A DNA stretch of 63,726 bases, the filler included, from Reticulomyxa filosa (Eukaryota > Protista > Foraminifera): assembly GCA_000512085.1 (NCBI GenBank). It is 20 parts of 20 records of this genome, joined end to end, with 100 filler letters (N's around TTAATTAATTAA, not from the genome) between each part and the next. Parts side by side here need not be neighbours in the genome. Positions count along the whole stretch, not along the records: positions 25,726 to 34,623 come from ASPP01006098.1; positions 34,724 to 37,541 come from ASPP01001490.1; positions 37,642 to 54,052 come from ASPP01001397.1; 17 more parts are not named here. One strand, written 5' to 3'. Below, in pieces: positions 26,699 through 40,062 of the stretch. How positions within the stretch are numbered: position 1 is the stretch's first letter; each line of letters opens with the position of its first letter. The notes below the pieces were generated by a model, which was given only the letters and a program-made list of their open reading frames with translations, was not told the origin of the DNA and did no database searches. A program made the position numbers and the translations under genes.

Positions 26699-29600
26699 AT
26701 GCAAAGACAAGGCCCACCTCCAAATCAGCCAAATCGTGCACCTTATAAGGCACAGCCCAGTCAGCCCATTTCAGCTGTTCAGAAGAAAAAAACCATTATT
26801 TTTGAGAAACTTTGTAATTTGTTCTGATGCGACATTTCGCACGTAATAAAAAAAAATAAATAAATCAAACAGAATTATGGAATAACAGAAAACATTCCAG
26901 CCCGACGTCGTCCACCAATTCAATCAGGTGGTGCTGGTCGCGGTTTAACCAACCCAGCAGCAAGTACCCTGACTGCGGTAAGCGGTGCCGGTTACTCTGC
27001 TCCACGACAAGCTCAAGGTCATATTTTGCCTGCAACACAACCTCAACCATCACAAACGGGCTATTCTTTCCAAGTCTTTCAAGGTATGATAACATCCAAC
27101 ACACCAAATATCGCATAAACGTAAATCAAAAAAATAACTTCAAATGTCGTGTTTTTTTTTTTAAAGATTTTGCAGAGTGGGATAAAAAAAAATTAATAAA
27201 TAAAAAAATTGAACAGGGCAACAAGTACCAATTAACCAACCCTATTTCCCAGTGTATAACCAACCAGTAGTACCGCAACTGCCCCAACAAACAAAGCAAC
27301 CTCAGGTAGTGTTTTTTTTTTGTTTTTTTTTGCGTTTGTGTTTTATCCAAAGTCACATAAAACAAAAAACTTGTTTGGTTTTCTTGCATGTTTAAAGGCC
27401 ACAAACGTCAACCCTGCACGCCCAACAGCGATGAACCAACCAGCAGGCCGTAGACCTCCTGTTCCTCCTGCTCAGTCTCTTCCATCGCAATTTGGTAGTT
27501 AATCCAAATGAATACACACAATTACATAAATGCATACCTAATGCACAACTATTATTAATTATTATTGTTTATTTGCTGTTTGTCAGTTTGCAACCTCACA
27601 CACTTAATTTTTCTTGTTTTTTTTTTTTTTTTTTTGCAATGTGCGAAAAATTGGCAACATGAAGGTGGTGAAATGGTTGTTGAGAATCAGCAATCTTTGC
27701 AAATGCCGGCGACAGTGCCACATGCGGTACCTGCAAGACAACAACCCTTGTCAAGTACCTCGTTTGTTCCTTCTCATGGACGTCAGCCTCCAGTGACAGC
27801 GACGCAAGTCGTGCAACCGGTTGTTCCGTTGCCATCATCGTATGGTGTTGCGTCTCAACATCGACCCCCAGTTGTTGGCGGACCACCGCAAAATGTTCCA
27901 GAAGTGCAGAAGCCACCAGTTGTTGCTCAATCTGTGGCCAAAGTCCCGACTTCGGCAACGATTGTAGCTGCAACGACAGCTACGGCGACTTCGGTTTCCA
28001 AAACTAGTGCTTCTGCGACAGCCCATCAATCAGCCGCTGACGTCTCCGGAAAGGCAAACGTTGCACAAGAACAAGCAAGTGCAAAAAAAGCAGCCGCAGC
28101 ACCGACTGCAGCCGCACCAACAATGTCTGCCGCACCAAGCAAACCGTGGACACAATTCACTGGTCCTGGAAAAAAAGACCCTATCCTTGCAATATGGGCT
28201 ACTGTGAGACAAGTGAATTCGGGACACATATTTCGATTGGCTGTGAGCAGCAACTCTGCTAAACAACCTTTAGCTTCTCCCAAATTGATCGATTTAGTCT
28301 TAGAGGGTATTCGCACTCCTGCGGTTGCACGAAGTGAAAAAGGCGACGCTGTTAATTAATACATACTGTCTTTTTACTTTATTATAACACGTAAATTTTT
28401 TGTGACACTTTTTTTGTTTGTAAAAATACTGTATGTTGAATTATAAACAGCCGTATGGATATGAAGCCCGTGAATTTGCAAGAAACTTGGTGTGTGCGGG
28501 AGCTCCAGTGTTGTGCTGTGCTTGGACTACATCGAAGGGAAAAGAGAAGGATAGTGAGAAGGAAGGAAAGGAAAAAAGAAAGGAAAAAGGACAACGTTTC
28601 TTGGAGACATATACATTGCAACAGGAAAAAACACCAAGGAATCATTGACCTATTTGATAGTGTCGAATGGATTTGCTGAATTGAATGCCAAAGAAAAAAC
28701 ACAATTGTCACCAACCGAGTACGAAAAACTTTCCAAAGCGTTGGAAAAGGCAAAGAAATCGGGCTTAGGCAAATTTGCCGATGGTGGAGCAACTGCCGAT
28801 GTGGATAAAAAATTAGCGGACAGTAAAAAGAAAGGTGGAAAACAGCAAGTACCTCATGTTCGCAAACTCGTGTTTGCAAAAAAACCAGAAGAGAGAAGCA
28901 AAATCCTTAACAAGTACCTCAACAAAGAAATTCCTGCAATTGTAGATCACGTAAGAAGTGGATCTACTTTGTCTGTGGAACTGATTCCTGACGAGAAAAA
29001 CAATATCCACGAGATAGTGTTTATTCACTTGGCAGGATGCATTGCACCACGAACTTCACAGCCACAGGCGGAAGACAATGATGAAAAAAAAAAAAGGAGG
29101 AAATCGTAAATCTGAGAGATATGCCAATGAAGCTAAAGAATTTACGGAACAGAGATTGTTGTCCCAACGAGTAACTGTCAAAATTCTTGCAGCAGATCAA
29201 AAATTCAATCTCTATGGTGTCGTGTCACATCCTAATGGACAAATTGCCGTTTCGCTTCTTCGAACTGGATTGGCGGAATACGAATCGTGGACCGCAGAAT
29301 TGCTGAGCAAAGAAGAACAAAAGGCGATGAAGGAGGCGTTGAAAAGTGCTCAAGAAAAACGTTTGCACATTTGGCAATACAAACATGCCGAGCATTTGTC
29401 TCATGATTATGTGCCGGTGACTGTGACACAAATAATTTCCGGAGATTCTTTTTTTGCCAAATTTGAAGACGGCACTGAAGAACGTTTCACGTTGTCTTCA
29501 ATCTACCAGCCTCGATATAAAGAAGAAAGACAAAAATCAAAAAAAGCAGAGGGAGGCAAGAAGAAAGAAGCAAAAGAAGGGAAAGAAACGAAAGAAACGA

Positions 29601-31559
29601 AAGAAACGAAAGAAGCACCTGCCCAATACACGGAACATCCATGGGCGAGACCAGCCAGAGAATTTTTGCGTGAAAAATTGATTGGCAAAAAGGCTATGTT
29701 GTTGTACGAATACAAGAGAGTTTGGAAGAATCAATCTGACGAAAGTGATTCAAAAACACAGAAAAATGAGTCAAAGAAAAAATCGGAACCTAGAATACAG
29801 AAATTTGCTTCCGTTTTGGTGGACAAAGAGTTGAGCTTTTTTTTTTGTTTTTCATTGTTTAGAAATTACTAAATATTTGAATGGCTGTGATTATCAGAAA
29901 CATTGCTGTTTCATTAGTAACTGCTGGTTTGGCTGAGGTAGTTTCATATGGAGATAAGAGCGCGGCTTATGCGGAATTACAAAAAGCACAAGAAAAGTTT
30001 CGTTGAAGATAAATTTTTTTTTACAAAACTCCACACTTATTACTAAATTTAAGAATTTTCCTATTTTTAATTGTAAAAAAAAAGAGCGAAAAAAGCGAAA
30101 AAGGGCATTCATGGCAACTCAGAACCAAAGCCGATTGTTGATTATTCCAAGAGTTTGGAAGATGTTCCTCCCAATGTAATTATTGGTTTGCAAAACTATT
30201 TGCAAGGTCACAAACGAAAAGCTGTCGTCGAATTTGTAATTAGTGGAACTAGACTAAAAATTTATCTTCCTGAACAAAATTGCTTCATTCCTTTGATGTT
30301 AGCATACGTTATTTGTGACCCATTGCCAAAAAGAGGCAAAGGCCAGATCAAAGGTCAAAGCACATTTGGCAGCACTGCATTGAAATATGTCAACCAACAA
30401 ATATGGCAAAGAAATGTATGTAAAATTATATATTTGTATACGAGTTCATATTGCAGGAGTGGAGTCACGGTATAGTTGTAACAATGGCAAATAGACAAAA
30501 ACATTACGTGATAATAACAAACATATAGATTGAGGTTGAAGTAATTGGAAGCAAGGACAAGAAAGACAGCAAGGATAAAAAGAATTTTCTTCTTCCTGGA
30601 AAGGCAAAGTCTGGGTCAATGGCAAGGACTTAGGATTGGATCTATTGGAAAAAGGTTTGGCCAAAATTGCCAGACCTCCACTATCTTTTAATGTGCGAGG
30701 CAAACGTCAAGCCCCAGCTTCGGATGTTCCAAACGCATATTTGGAAGCAGAGGCAGCCGCCAGTGAAAAACAAATTGGAAGATGGAAAGAAATTTTTGCA
30801 AAAAAACAGGAGTACGAAGAAAAGAAAAAGCAAAATGATATGACCGGAAAAGAGGCGGCTGTTGTTGTCAGCCACATTGACAGTGGTGTGTACTTCTGGA
30901 TCAACAAAAGTGGTAACGACTTAGAAAAATTGGAAGAGGCAATGTCTCGCCTTCGTTCTCAACGTCTTTCTTCATCACTCCGTGTAGGAAGGACTGTAAG
31001 TACTTCGTATGATGGATTGAATTGCCGTGCCAGACTTATAAGACAACTGCAAGACCGTTCGTGGCTTGTGATATTTATTGATTACGGCAATAAGGCGATT
31101 GTTGCTGAAAAAGATTTGATTGGTTTATCACCAGATGTCACTTTGGACAAATTCCGTCCATTGGCTCAGCTTTGTCAATTGGCAGCATTGCGATCTCCTC
31201 ACCGCAAGAGTGAATACTTCAATGCTGCTGGTGAACACTTTGCCAAATTGGTTATGCCTGATAAAGAAAGTAAGACTTTGAAAGAATTGAAAGTCAAAGT
31301 GCTTCATGATGACGGTCGTAAATGGCATGTTGTGTTGTTGGATCAAAACACTATTGTGAACGAGCAAATGCTCAAGGAAGGGTATGCTCGATTTGATCAA
31401 AAGGGAAAAGAAGCCCCACAACAACTGCTTACTTCAAAGGATGAGTTCGCTCAAAATTACTTGAAGACAGCAAAAAAATTAAACGATGATGCATTAGAAG
31501 GAAGACGCGGTCTTTGGGAGTTTGGTGATGTGAACTCCGACGAAGAAGAAGAATTTTAA
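26699..31559 (+). CDS. SND1: Tudor-SN (staphylococcal nuclease domain-containing 1) with a long Pro/Gln-rich N-terminal extension
   Basis: Repeated SNase modules (LEGIRTP...PYGYEAREF; AIVDHVRSGST...YANEAKEFTEQRLLSQRV; QIISGDS...PWARPAREFLREKLIGK; AVVEFVISGTRLKIY), Tudor VIFIDYGN, and C-terminal RRGLWEFGD. Confidence 0.9.
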
Positions 31560-32497
31560 AAAACCATAAAATGGTTCAGGAAGGAAAAAACATATAACAC
31601 ATCAATCCAAAAGAGGTTGTGAGTTACTTTTTCCATCTTTCTTTTTTGAAAGAAACTGAATTAATTGCAATCAAAAAATTTTGTTTTTTTTTTGAAACAC
31701 TTTTTCAAATTAAACAACTCGCAAAATTCAAAAAATTGCTAATTGTGACAATCCTTGAATAATTTTGTCGTTTGGAAAAGGTTATAACAATATCACTACA
31801 AATTCGTAGTTAGCATTTTGATTACAATACTTTTTGCTGTTATCATTTGTTTAGAAAATGTATCTCTGTATCACAGTAGCTCATCTTTTCGATTGCTTAC
31901 TAAATATTTGCGTTTTACACATAAAAAAACTCGCGTTCAATGAATACGGCGCCTCTTTCAAAAAAAGTGTCATATTAGATCGGGTGATGCAGTTTGTAAT
32001 TTTTTTCTCTCGAAGAGAAGCGCTTACTTCGAAATTTAATGCTGCATCGACTCTGTATGAAGATTCTGCATTACACACAATTTCATTCGAAGTGGTGTTG
32101 CAATTAACATAAAAACATACCTACAAATTTTTTTATCAATTATTTGGCTTAGAATTTTGCATTAAAAAATTTGTTGTAATTGGTAGAAACAAACCACGTG
32201 TTGATGCGTCTTCACACGGGAAACCAATTTACAGCGACTCATCAAAGGAAAAAATACAATGAAAAAAAAGTCAAACAAACCCAACACAAAAAATAATAGC
32301 TGCACTACACATTTCATGTCTGGCGGTTCTTGAACTCCAAAAAAAAAAGAAGAAAGAAAGAATCACCAAAAAAAAAGGAGAAATAAAAGATAAATGAGGG
32401 AAAAGAAAAAATCCTTTGACAAACAATGGTCTCTTTTTTTTTCATTTTTGTCACGAAACAAATGATGAAATGAAAAATGGACAGTTAAAATAATGAA

Positions 32498-34600
32498 TTA
32501 TGTCTTCGGCTGCAATGGCACATCTTCAATTTCTAATGCGCTTTGCTGGGACTCAGTTCTGTCATGAATATTTGGTTTCTTAGAATTAGCTGGATTAATA
32601 ACCATGGGCTGACGCAGCACAAAGGCAACAGGTTCGTGCGAAACTGACGGACTGGATGCATCTGCTCGGTCAAACTTGGGAGTGTTTTCCGCATCCGTCG
32701 AATATTGCACATAATGAGTGCCCAAAGCAGACACCACACTATCATTTTTAGCCTGTGAATATATATTGACACCCAATCAACCTCTTTTTTTTTTTCAAAT
32801 AAAAAAACAAACAAACAACTAAGTAATATTTAGCAACGAAACATGATCGCCGGAATCAGTAACGGGAACATAGGGAGTGTGCTGATCATCTTGACTGGGT
32901 GAGACTTTATGCGTGCTGACGAGAAAGTCCTCACTGAATTGGCTGCTAGCCTGTTGATGATAGCCCTGCGGATAAACGCGTTGCAGGACAGGTGCCAACG
33001 AGGATTGCGAATGTCGTGAGAGCTTGCCAGTCTGTTCGTCCATGTTTTTATCCGGAAGTTGTATGGGAGAAGTTTTTTCTCTGATGGCATTGATATCTCC
33101 TTCTTCTTCTTCTTCTTCTTCCTCTGTTTGGTCTCGTTCTGTCGACAGGTTTTTGGAGTCCTTCACTCGCACAATCTGCGTGCCCTCCCGGGTGTGTCTC
33201 ACGTCCTTCAACGACGGAGTGATGCCATAGGCCGCCGCGGGGTCCGTTCTCTCATTCACCTTCTTCAAGAGACTACGAAGGTTGGCGTTCACGTCACCCG
33301 TGGCAGCATCTGATTGTTCTTGTTTCGCGTTCGCTCGCGACGACGACGTGGTAGCACGCGCTTGGAACCCGTCCATCCCAGGTATGTCGTTGATCGTGGA
33401 CTGGTTGGACGATATCGTGTCCGCACGTTCACGGTTCGTGCGACGCGACTGTCTCTTGTATGGTTGGAACGCGGGGATTACATCTATTGCATCCACACGT
33501 TGCAAACTGTCACGACGCAGTCCCCAGGTCATGAAAACAAAGTTGAAAGTATTGCATATCATTATGTTTATATACATGTATATGTATATACAATACCTGG
33601 TGGATTCTTGCGATCTTTTCCGATTCCAATGGCAATGGCAGTCTCTTCCATGCTGAACTTTTCATTGACTGAAAACAACTGCTTGGGATTGTTTAAACTG
33701 GTGTGAATATACTTGGAATTGATATTTGCATTAGCATTGGCATTTATGTTTTGTGTTCGTATTTGCATTCATGTTCGTGTTCATGTTCGTGTTCATGTTC
33801 GTGTTCATGTTCGTGCTCGTGTTCGTGCTCGTGTTCGTCATGCTCGTATTGGATTCAGCTTTTTTGCCTCTATAGTTGACAGTAGCTACTTCCTCCGCTT
33901 CTTGGCTCTCCTGTTTTTTTTTCGCATTTTGCAATTTCATACTCAACTCTTGGCGGGAGACGCGCATGGTCTCGGACAGGTCTACGTAGTTGGCACTTTC
34001 GCTGCTCACGTCGCTGATTTCGCTGGTCATGGACGGGCCGTTTTTAAAATGAAAGTTGTCGCCATCATTCAGAAATGCATTCGGGGAACTTGTGGGCTCG
34101 AACTGGCTCCAGCTGTGCTCATCTTCTTCCTCCTCACGCTCTGTTTTGGCTCTTTTTTCTTCTTCTTCTTCTTCTTCTTCTTCTGCTTCTGCTTCTTCTA
34201 CTTCGTTGTCTTTTGGCTTCGATCGTCTGATCGCCTTGTCTCTCGTCTCATCGTCTTGCCTTTTCCTGGACTTTAAGTCTGGCAGCGAAATCAGTGCAGA
34301 AAAGCTGTTCACCTTGGAGTTTTCATTGGACAATAGCGCAGGCTTGCTGTTCTTCATTGCTGCTGTGTTGGCTTCCAACATCAAACCCGTCTTGTTGCTG
34401 TTATTGTTTTCCCGGCCTTTGTCTTTGTCGTTATCTTTGTCTTGGTTTGTCACTCCGACAAACAGTGGCGTGTTCTTGTTCTGTCTGTTATTGTCATCGT
34501 AGTTGATTTCTTCTTCTTCCTCTTCTTCATTCTGCGGAGCTATGGTGTTGTTGTTTTTTGAGGTTACTAAATAATAATTCATAACAATAACAATAACAAT
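32498..34600 (-). CDS. Hypothetical low-complexity protein, C-terminal exons
   Basis: Successive minus-strand ORFs (283, 252 and 92 aa) with poly-E and (NTNM)n repeats, separated by GT-AG introns. Confidence 0.6.
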
Positions 34601-34879
34601 AATAATAATAATAATAATAATAANNNNNNNNNNNNNNNNNNNNNNNNNNNNNNNNNNNNNNNNNNNNTTAATTAATTAANNNNNNNNNNNNNNNNNNNNN
34701 NNNNNNNNNNNNNNNNNNNNNNNCTTTATTTTTACTAACCAAGTTCTGGATCAATTTTACGGGGTAAGGACACTCAACACAGCGGTTAATAATAGTAGGC
34801 GATCATTTCATCAATTGATCCTTTTTCCTCGGCGATTAATGTAAACTGTTCGCTTTGCAAAGAGTCGCTTTCTTTAAGT

Positions 34880-35830
34880 TTAGATGAAATAATTGGTGGG
34901 GCTGTAGTCAATACTGGAGGACTTACTACCCATCTCTGTACTTCCATACATTCGAGTTATGAATTTTTCTGCTCCTATTATACTTCCTGATGTTAATACT
35001 TGAGAAAATCTGAATACTTTTGCTTCATTTTCTTTTTCAAGTTTACCTACAGCTATAACTCCAAGCTCATTCTTTACTGAAACATCTTGCCCCCAGCACT
35101 TACCTAATGAATAAAAATCATGCCGCCGTGTCAAATCGATTAAAGTATCTGAAGAGAATTCACGAGAAGCAGATGGTGCTAAATGAAGAAAATAAAAAGG
35201 AGTGCCTGCAAATTTTTAATTCCATCAGGGTATCGCTTTATTAATGGCTCTGTATCTAGAAACTTTAAGTATTGAACAAGCTCAGTATCACAGTTTGAAG
35301 AGATAGAGCTATAACCTTTTATCTCTCTCAGTGCTCGTGCATATATTGCATTATCAATCTCATGTGCACTCATCCTTTGAAGGAATCCATCCCTTCTTAT
35401 ATAAGCCTGCTCTTTATTATTACGTAATGGCCTATCTTCTGATTGTGCCATTTGTATTACAATCAAATCGCCAGTACTCACAGGTATTCTGCCTATCTCT
35501 ACTAGTCCTTCTTTGTATTGGTTTAAATAACTTATAAAGGACTCCAATAAAGCTCTTGTTAGCATATCAAAATTTTTTATCTCTGGTTGTTTTTCTTTGT
35601 TTTTAAGAAACAATGGGTACGATATGGGAGTTAGGTTGTTAGTGTGTACCTTACCTTGATCGTCTTCTGGTATGCCTATAATAATATAACCAACTGGCTC
35701 ATCTCCATTAATAAAACCCAACATTGAATTATGAAGGGCATCTATTGCAGGAAAGCTTCTTTTAATTTCAAGTTTTTTAGATTCATATTGACCTTCGAAA
35801 AATATTCGTTCCTAAAATATCATGGATATT
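34880..35830 (-). pseudogene. Bacterial-type AlbA_2/Schlafen-like domain gene, disrupted
   Basis: YESKKLEIKR...MLGFINGDEPVGYIIIGIPED...LIVIQMAQSEDRP...AYIRRDG...M fits AlbA_2. There is an upstream in-frame TAG and a frameshift near 35210 into KFAGTPFYFLHLAP. No introns. Confidence 0.7.
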
Positions 35831-36214
35831 GCTGTACTCTCTTTATATTTGTCAAGCTCAATATAGGTCTGTCTTAGATAGATTTATATGTGCTTTAATC
35901 TCAACAAGACCTTAAAAAATCCGCTGATTAAATTTGATGCTTAAAATTACAAGACATATAGGAGATAATGCTCATAGGTAGCTGTAAGATAATATTGGTT
36001 TTTCATAAATCTTACTTCAGAGTACATCATGCAGAACCCTTTTCGTACATTTATCAGCTTCTTCTAGGCAGCGCCTAAGAAAGCAAAAGCAATACTAGCG
36101 ATCAATACTTAGTTTGCAACATGCTCTTACTCTTAATACCCTGCATAAAATTGTGCTTGCTAAATAGGAGATTAACTGGCAAATATGTTAAAATTGCTGT
36201 TAGTAACTAATTAA

Positions 36215-37541
36215 ATGGAGCAACAAATGCAATTATCAATACCAAATTATCAACCAATAACGCAAGTATTATCGAATACGTATGAATCTTTACCTGGCTT
36301 TTGGGACATTAAGAATGCCGCAGTGGACGTATACTCTTCTTTTTATAACAGTAAAGCATTTTTACCTGTAAGTTCTGCTGTTTCTGGAGCTATGATAGCT
36401 GGGGCACCTGGAGCTCTTGCTGCAGGGCTTGCTGGTGCAGTAGATGAGATAGCTATTTCATATGGCTATACTAGTAAAGCGTATGTTGCACCTACAGTTT
36501 TATGTGGGATCAGTGCATACAAAACGATTGTAAAACTATCGTCATTTTTATCGGATACAATAAAGCAAATAGAAGCTCAAGCAGAAGAATCGATGAATGA
36601 GACTATAAAAGCAAATGATTTTTCTAATAGTGAAGAATATCAAGAACTAAACGCACTAAGAGAAAAGCTACAATCTGAAAAAACAACAACTTGGCAGACG
36701 TCTTCTGATGTTAGATTGGCTATACAAGATGAATTACATAATATAAAGCATTACGAAAAATTACGCGAAAGTTTTAACGAAAAATTGGTTGATGCAACAT
36801 CGAAGCATTCTCTGAGCCAGCATGAGACTTCTGCTAAATGGGGAGCGATGTATGAAGCACAACGATATGTTGAGGGGACTAGAGAGCATATAGATCACCT
36901 TCTCAAAGTTATACGCCAAGATGACAATGATATAGCGAAACTAAAAGATAAATTAGAATGGACTTGGGATGAGGAATATACCAAAATTAAAGAGACGATT
37001 CAATATCTGACAAAAACCAATCATAGTCGCAAAGATCATATTGAACTGTTGCAGAATCATGAAAACTTTCTAAAAGGTGAAAAGATAAAAGCTACGAATG
37101 AGTGGCTTAATGCCCAGTTTCTAGAGAAACAAAATGCAAAATTTATTACTGAGCTTAAAGAAACATTAGAGTATGATATTGAAAGGACTATTCAATGGCA
37201 TAGAGAAGGTATGGCGCACAATATAAAAGCTCTAGATAATTTAACAGCATTAAGAAAGGTAAATGCTAAGATAAAAGTTGCTGAAGCATCGTATACTAAT
37301 CCTGCTCCATTTGATCCTATGCACTATATAGGAGTCGAGGTAGCTAAAATGTTTGGTTTTGACGAGCAATATGCCGATATGTTTTTAGGTATGTATAGAA
37401 CAGCTTCTAAGGTTTCTAGCGGTTTGGAGGCATTGAACACAGTAATTAATTTAAGCGCTGAGAACGTATTAAGTGCAATTCCGTCTGTGTATACATTAGG
37501 TAGTGCTGCCGCATCGTTTGCTACAGTTGCTGCTCCTGTTG
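36215..37541 (+). CDS. Hypothetical bacterial-like coiled-coil protein with Gly/Ala-rich hydrophobic segments (3' truncated)
   Basis: Uninterrupted ORF of more than 440 aa; GAMIAGAPGALAAGLAG glycine-zipper-like segment; long heptad-rich centre; codon usage (tta/ata/gct) appears unlike the host genes. Confidence 0.75.
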
Positions 37542-37641
37542 NNNNNNNNNNNNNNNNNNNNNNNNNNNNNNNNNNNNNNNNNNNNTTAATTAATTAANNN
37601 NNNNNNNNNNNNNNNNNNNNNNNNNNNNNNNNNNNNNNNNN

Positions 37642-37687
37642 TATGATGATAATTGATTTTCTCCATGAAAAATCAATTATCATCATA
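37642..37687. repeat. Perfect 19-bp inverted repeat at contig start
   Basis: tatgatgataattgatttt-ctccatga-aaaatcaattatcatcata. Confidence 0.85.
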
Positions 37688-37689
37688 GG

Positions 37690-40062
37690 ATATCGTTTTA
37701 GGCGTTCAGTTTTCTTTGCAACCTACTGTAGTACGACAGCTAGTTTTAAATAAAGAGCCAACATCGTTATTAGAAACGGAAAGAGCACTCCAAATGGCTC
37801 AGACTAGATTTGAAGAAGAAAGGATGGTGAAAAGAACATAAATTGTCAAGGGATCAAGAAATCGAGATCAAGAATTCAATGAAAAATTTGAGTTTAGAAA
37901 ACATGGATACATATGAAGTAATATACGTGGGAAGGTACTGGATCATGGATTTAATAATCGAAATAAATACATAAAGCAATACAAAGGAAAAAACATTCCA
38001 GATTATGTAAAAGATATAACTAGAAAAAACGAAAAAAGAAGTTGTAATGACAAATGCTGGAAATGTGGATGGAATTTTGGTCCTATCGAGTTTATTTCCA
38101 AAAAATTTGACAATCATCAACTAAATTGGCATATGTCGGAAAAGTAGCTCTATTCAGTAATTTATGCTGTGCAAAAATTGCGTCACTATTTGCTTCTACA
38201 GTGTATACCGATCACAAAAATTTAGAATCTTTATTTGATGTACGTAGCAAACAGGTAAATAGCATACTTTCACGATGGTCATTACAATTAAGCGAGTTCT
38301 CGTTCGAAGCACGATATTTTTCAGGAACAGAAAATGTAGTAGCAGATTTTTTATCTCGAAATCCTGATGCAATTCCAAAAACGGAACAAATATTGGTATT
38401 TACGCGTACTCAAATACAACAAAATATAAATCAAGAAAATAAATTTTCGAATGAAGATTTAAAGAATCAAATTGAAAAATCATTTGAGTTATCACGTGAA
38501 ATAAGAGATTTTGATCAAATATTTAAAACAGAAACTTTTGTTGAAGCACAAGAAAGTGATAATGTACTAAAATACATTAAGGAAAATTTGTTAAAGCAAA
38601 TATCTGAAGCAATGAATCTTCCTTTACACTGGCATACAGCATGGTATAAAGGAGAATTGGTGGTCGATAGAGTGAACCTGCTTTTACGTGCCGGAAAAGT
38701 AGTTGTTCCGGATCAAATGAAGTGCTTAATTACTTTTATTCTCACGTATTAGTATAACATCCTGGAGCAAAAAGAATGGCCTTATCAGTGAAAGAAAGGT
38801 TATACTGGCCAGAAATGGATAAAGATATAAAAAAATGGTGCAATCAATGTTTTACTTGCCAAACATCAAAAAGAAAATAGATTCAAAGTCTGGCAAATTC
38901 AACACTTTCCAGCAACAGTACCATTCCAGATAGTGGCAATATACATAGTAGGTCCTTTACCTAAAACTGAAGATAGCTATCGCTATGTCATGACAATGAT
39001 GGATCGTTTTACAAGATACGTCGAAGCAGTCCCACTGAAAACGCAATTGGCAAAAGAAATTTCATTAACATTTGTAAGTAAATGGATATTTAGATATAGT
39101 GTGCCTGAAATAATTTTATAGTATAATGCATTGTAATTCAGAGGAAAAATATCAAGTCTCATTGCAGAGATTTTAGGAATGAAGCATCTATTTAAATCAA
39201 TATATCATCATCAAACAAATGGTATGTTAGAAATGTTCCACATATATTTAAAAGAAAGATTAGTCATATTGGTGATAAAAAAGGATTTAGATTTCAGTCA
39301 AGGTGACTCGTTGAACAGTTTTATTCCAGCAATTGTGGCATCATATAATATTACACCGAATCGAATGTCTTTATCAAATCCACATGAATTAGTATATGGA
39401 TCAAGATTTATGTTATCAATCGATATTAAAATGGACCATTTGCGCAAAAACAAAATTTAAAGCCAAGATATGTCAGTATTTAAAAATATTTTGGGAAAAC
39501 AGCTAGAATGTATACGATAATCCGCAAAGATAGCACAATTCCGTTATAACATCAACCGAATACGTTTTGAAAATAAAAATAGTCTTAGTCGTTCATTTGT
39601 AATTGGATACAAAGTACTATTATACATTGGATATCAACGCACCGGGGACAATGCAAAACTACAACCAAAGTTTGTTGGACCTTATAAATTATCGAACAAG
39701 TAGGCCATTCTACAGGAAAAATTGTTTCAGAAAAAGAATTTTTGAAGTTAATACACGTATCAAAGTTGAAAAAATTAGATGCTGGAATCGATGTAACGAC
39801 GAATAAAGGAAATAAAAATCGAGACCCTGGATTCAAGCAAACAGAAACACACCAAAGTGGTCATACAAAAACAACATTAGTGACAAATCAGCTCCAAGTA
39901 TCAGCGCATTCTAAACCTGTATCATCTGAAGAGATTTCGAGAAATGTGAAAGAAATCAAATTGAAGATAATTCGAAGGAAATCGAAACACAAGTTAAAAA
40001 ATTCGTCACCACCCCCTCTGAAACCATTGTCTGAAAACGATGAATTCGTGCCAGAACTGTAA
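37690..40062 (+). mobile_element. Degenerate Ty3/Gypsy LTR retrotransposon remnant (gag remnant, RNase H end, integrase)
   Basis: CWKCG knuckle remnant; TDHKNL...RWSLQLSEFSF...NVVADFLSR; HPG...YWPEMDKDIKKWCNQCFTCQ; IVGPLP...MDRFTRYVEAVPL; QTNGMLE; PKFVGPYK; many stops and frameshifts. Confidence 0.9.

Noticed and set aside
34724-40062. AlbA_2 gene, coiled-coil gene and retrotransposon as one defence island
   Set aside because: A linker at 37542-37641 separates them, so the adjacency is artificial
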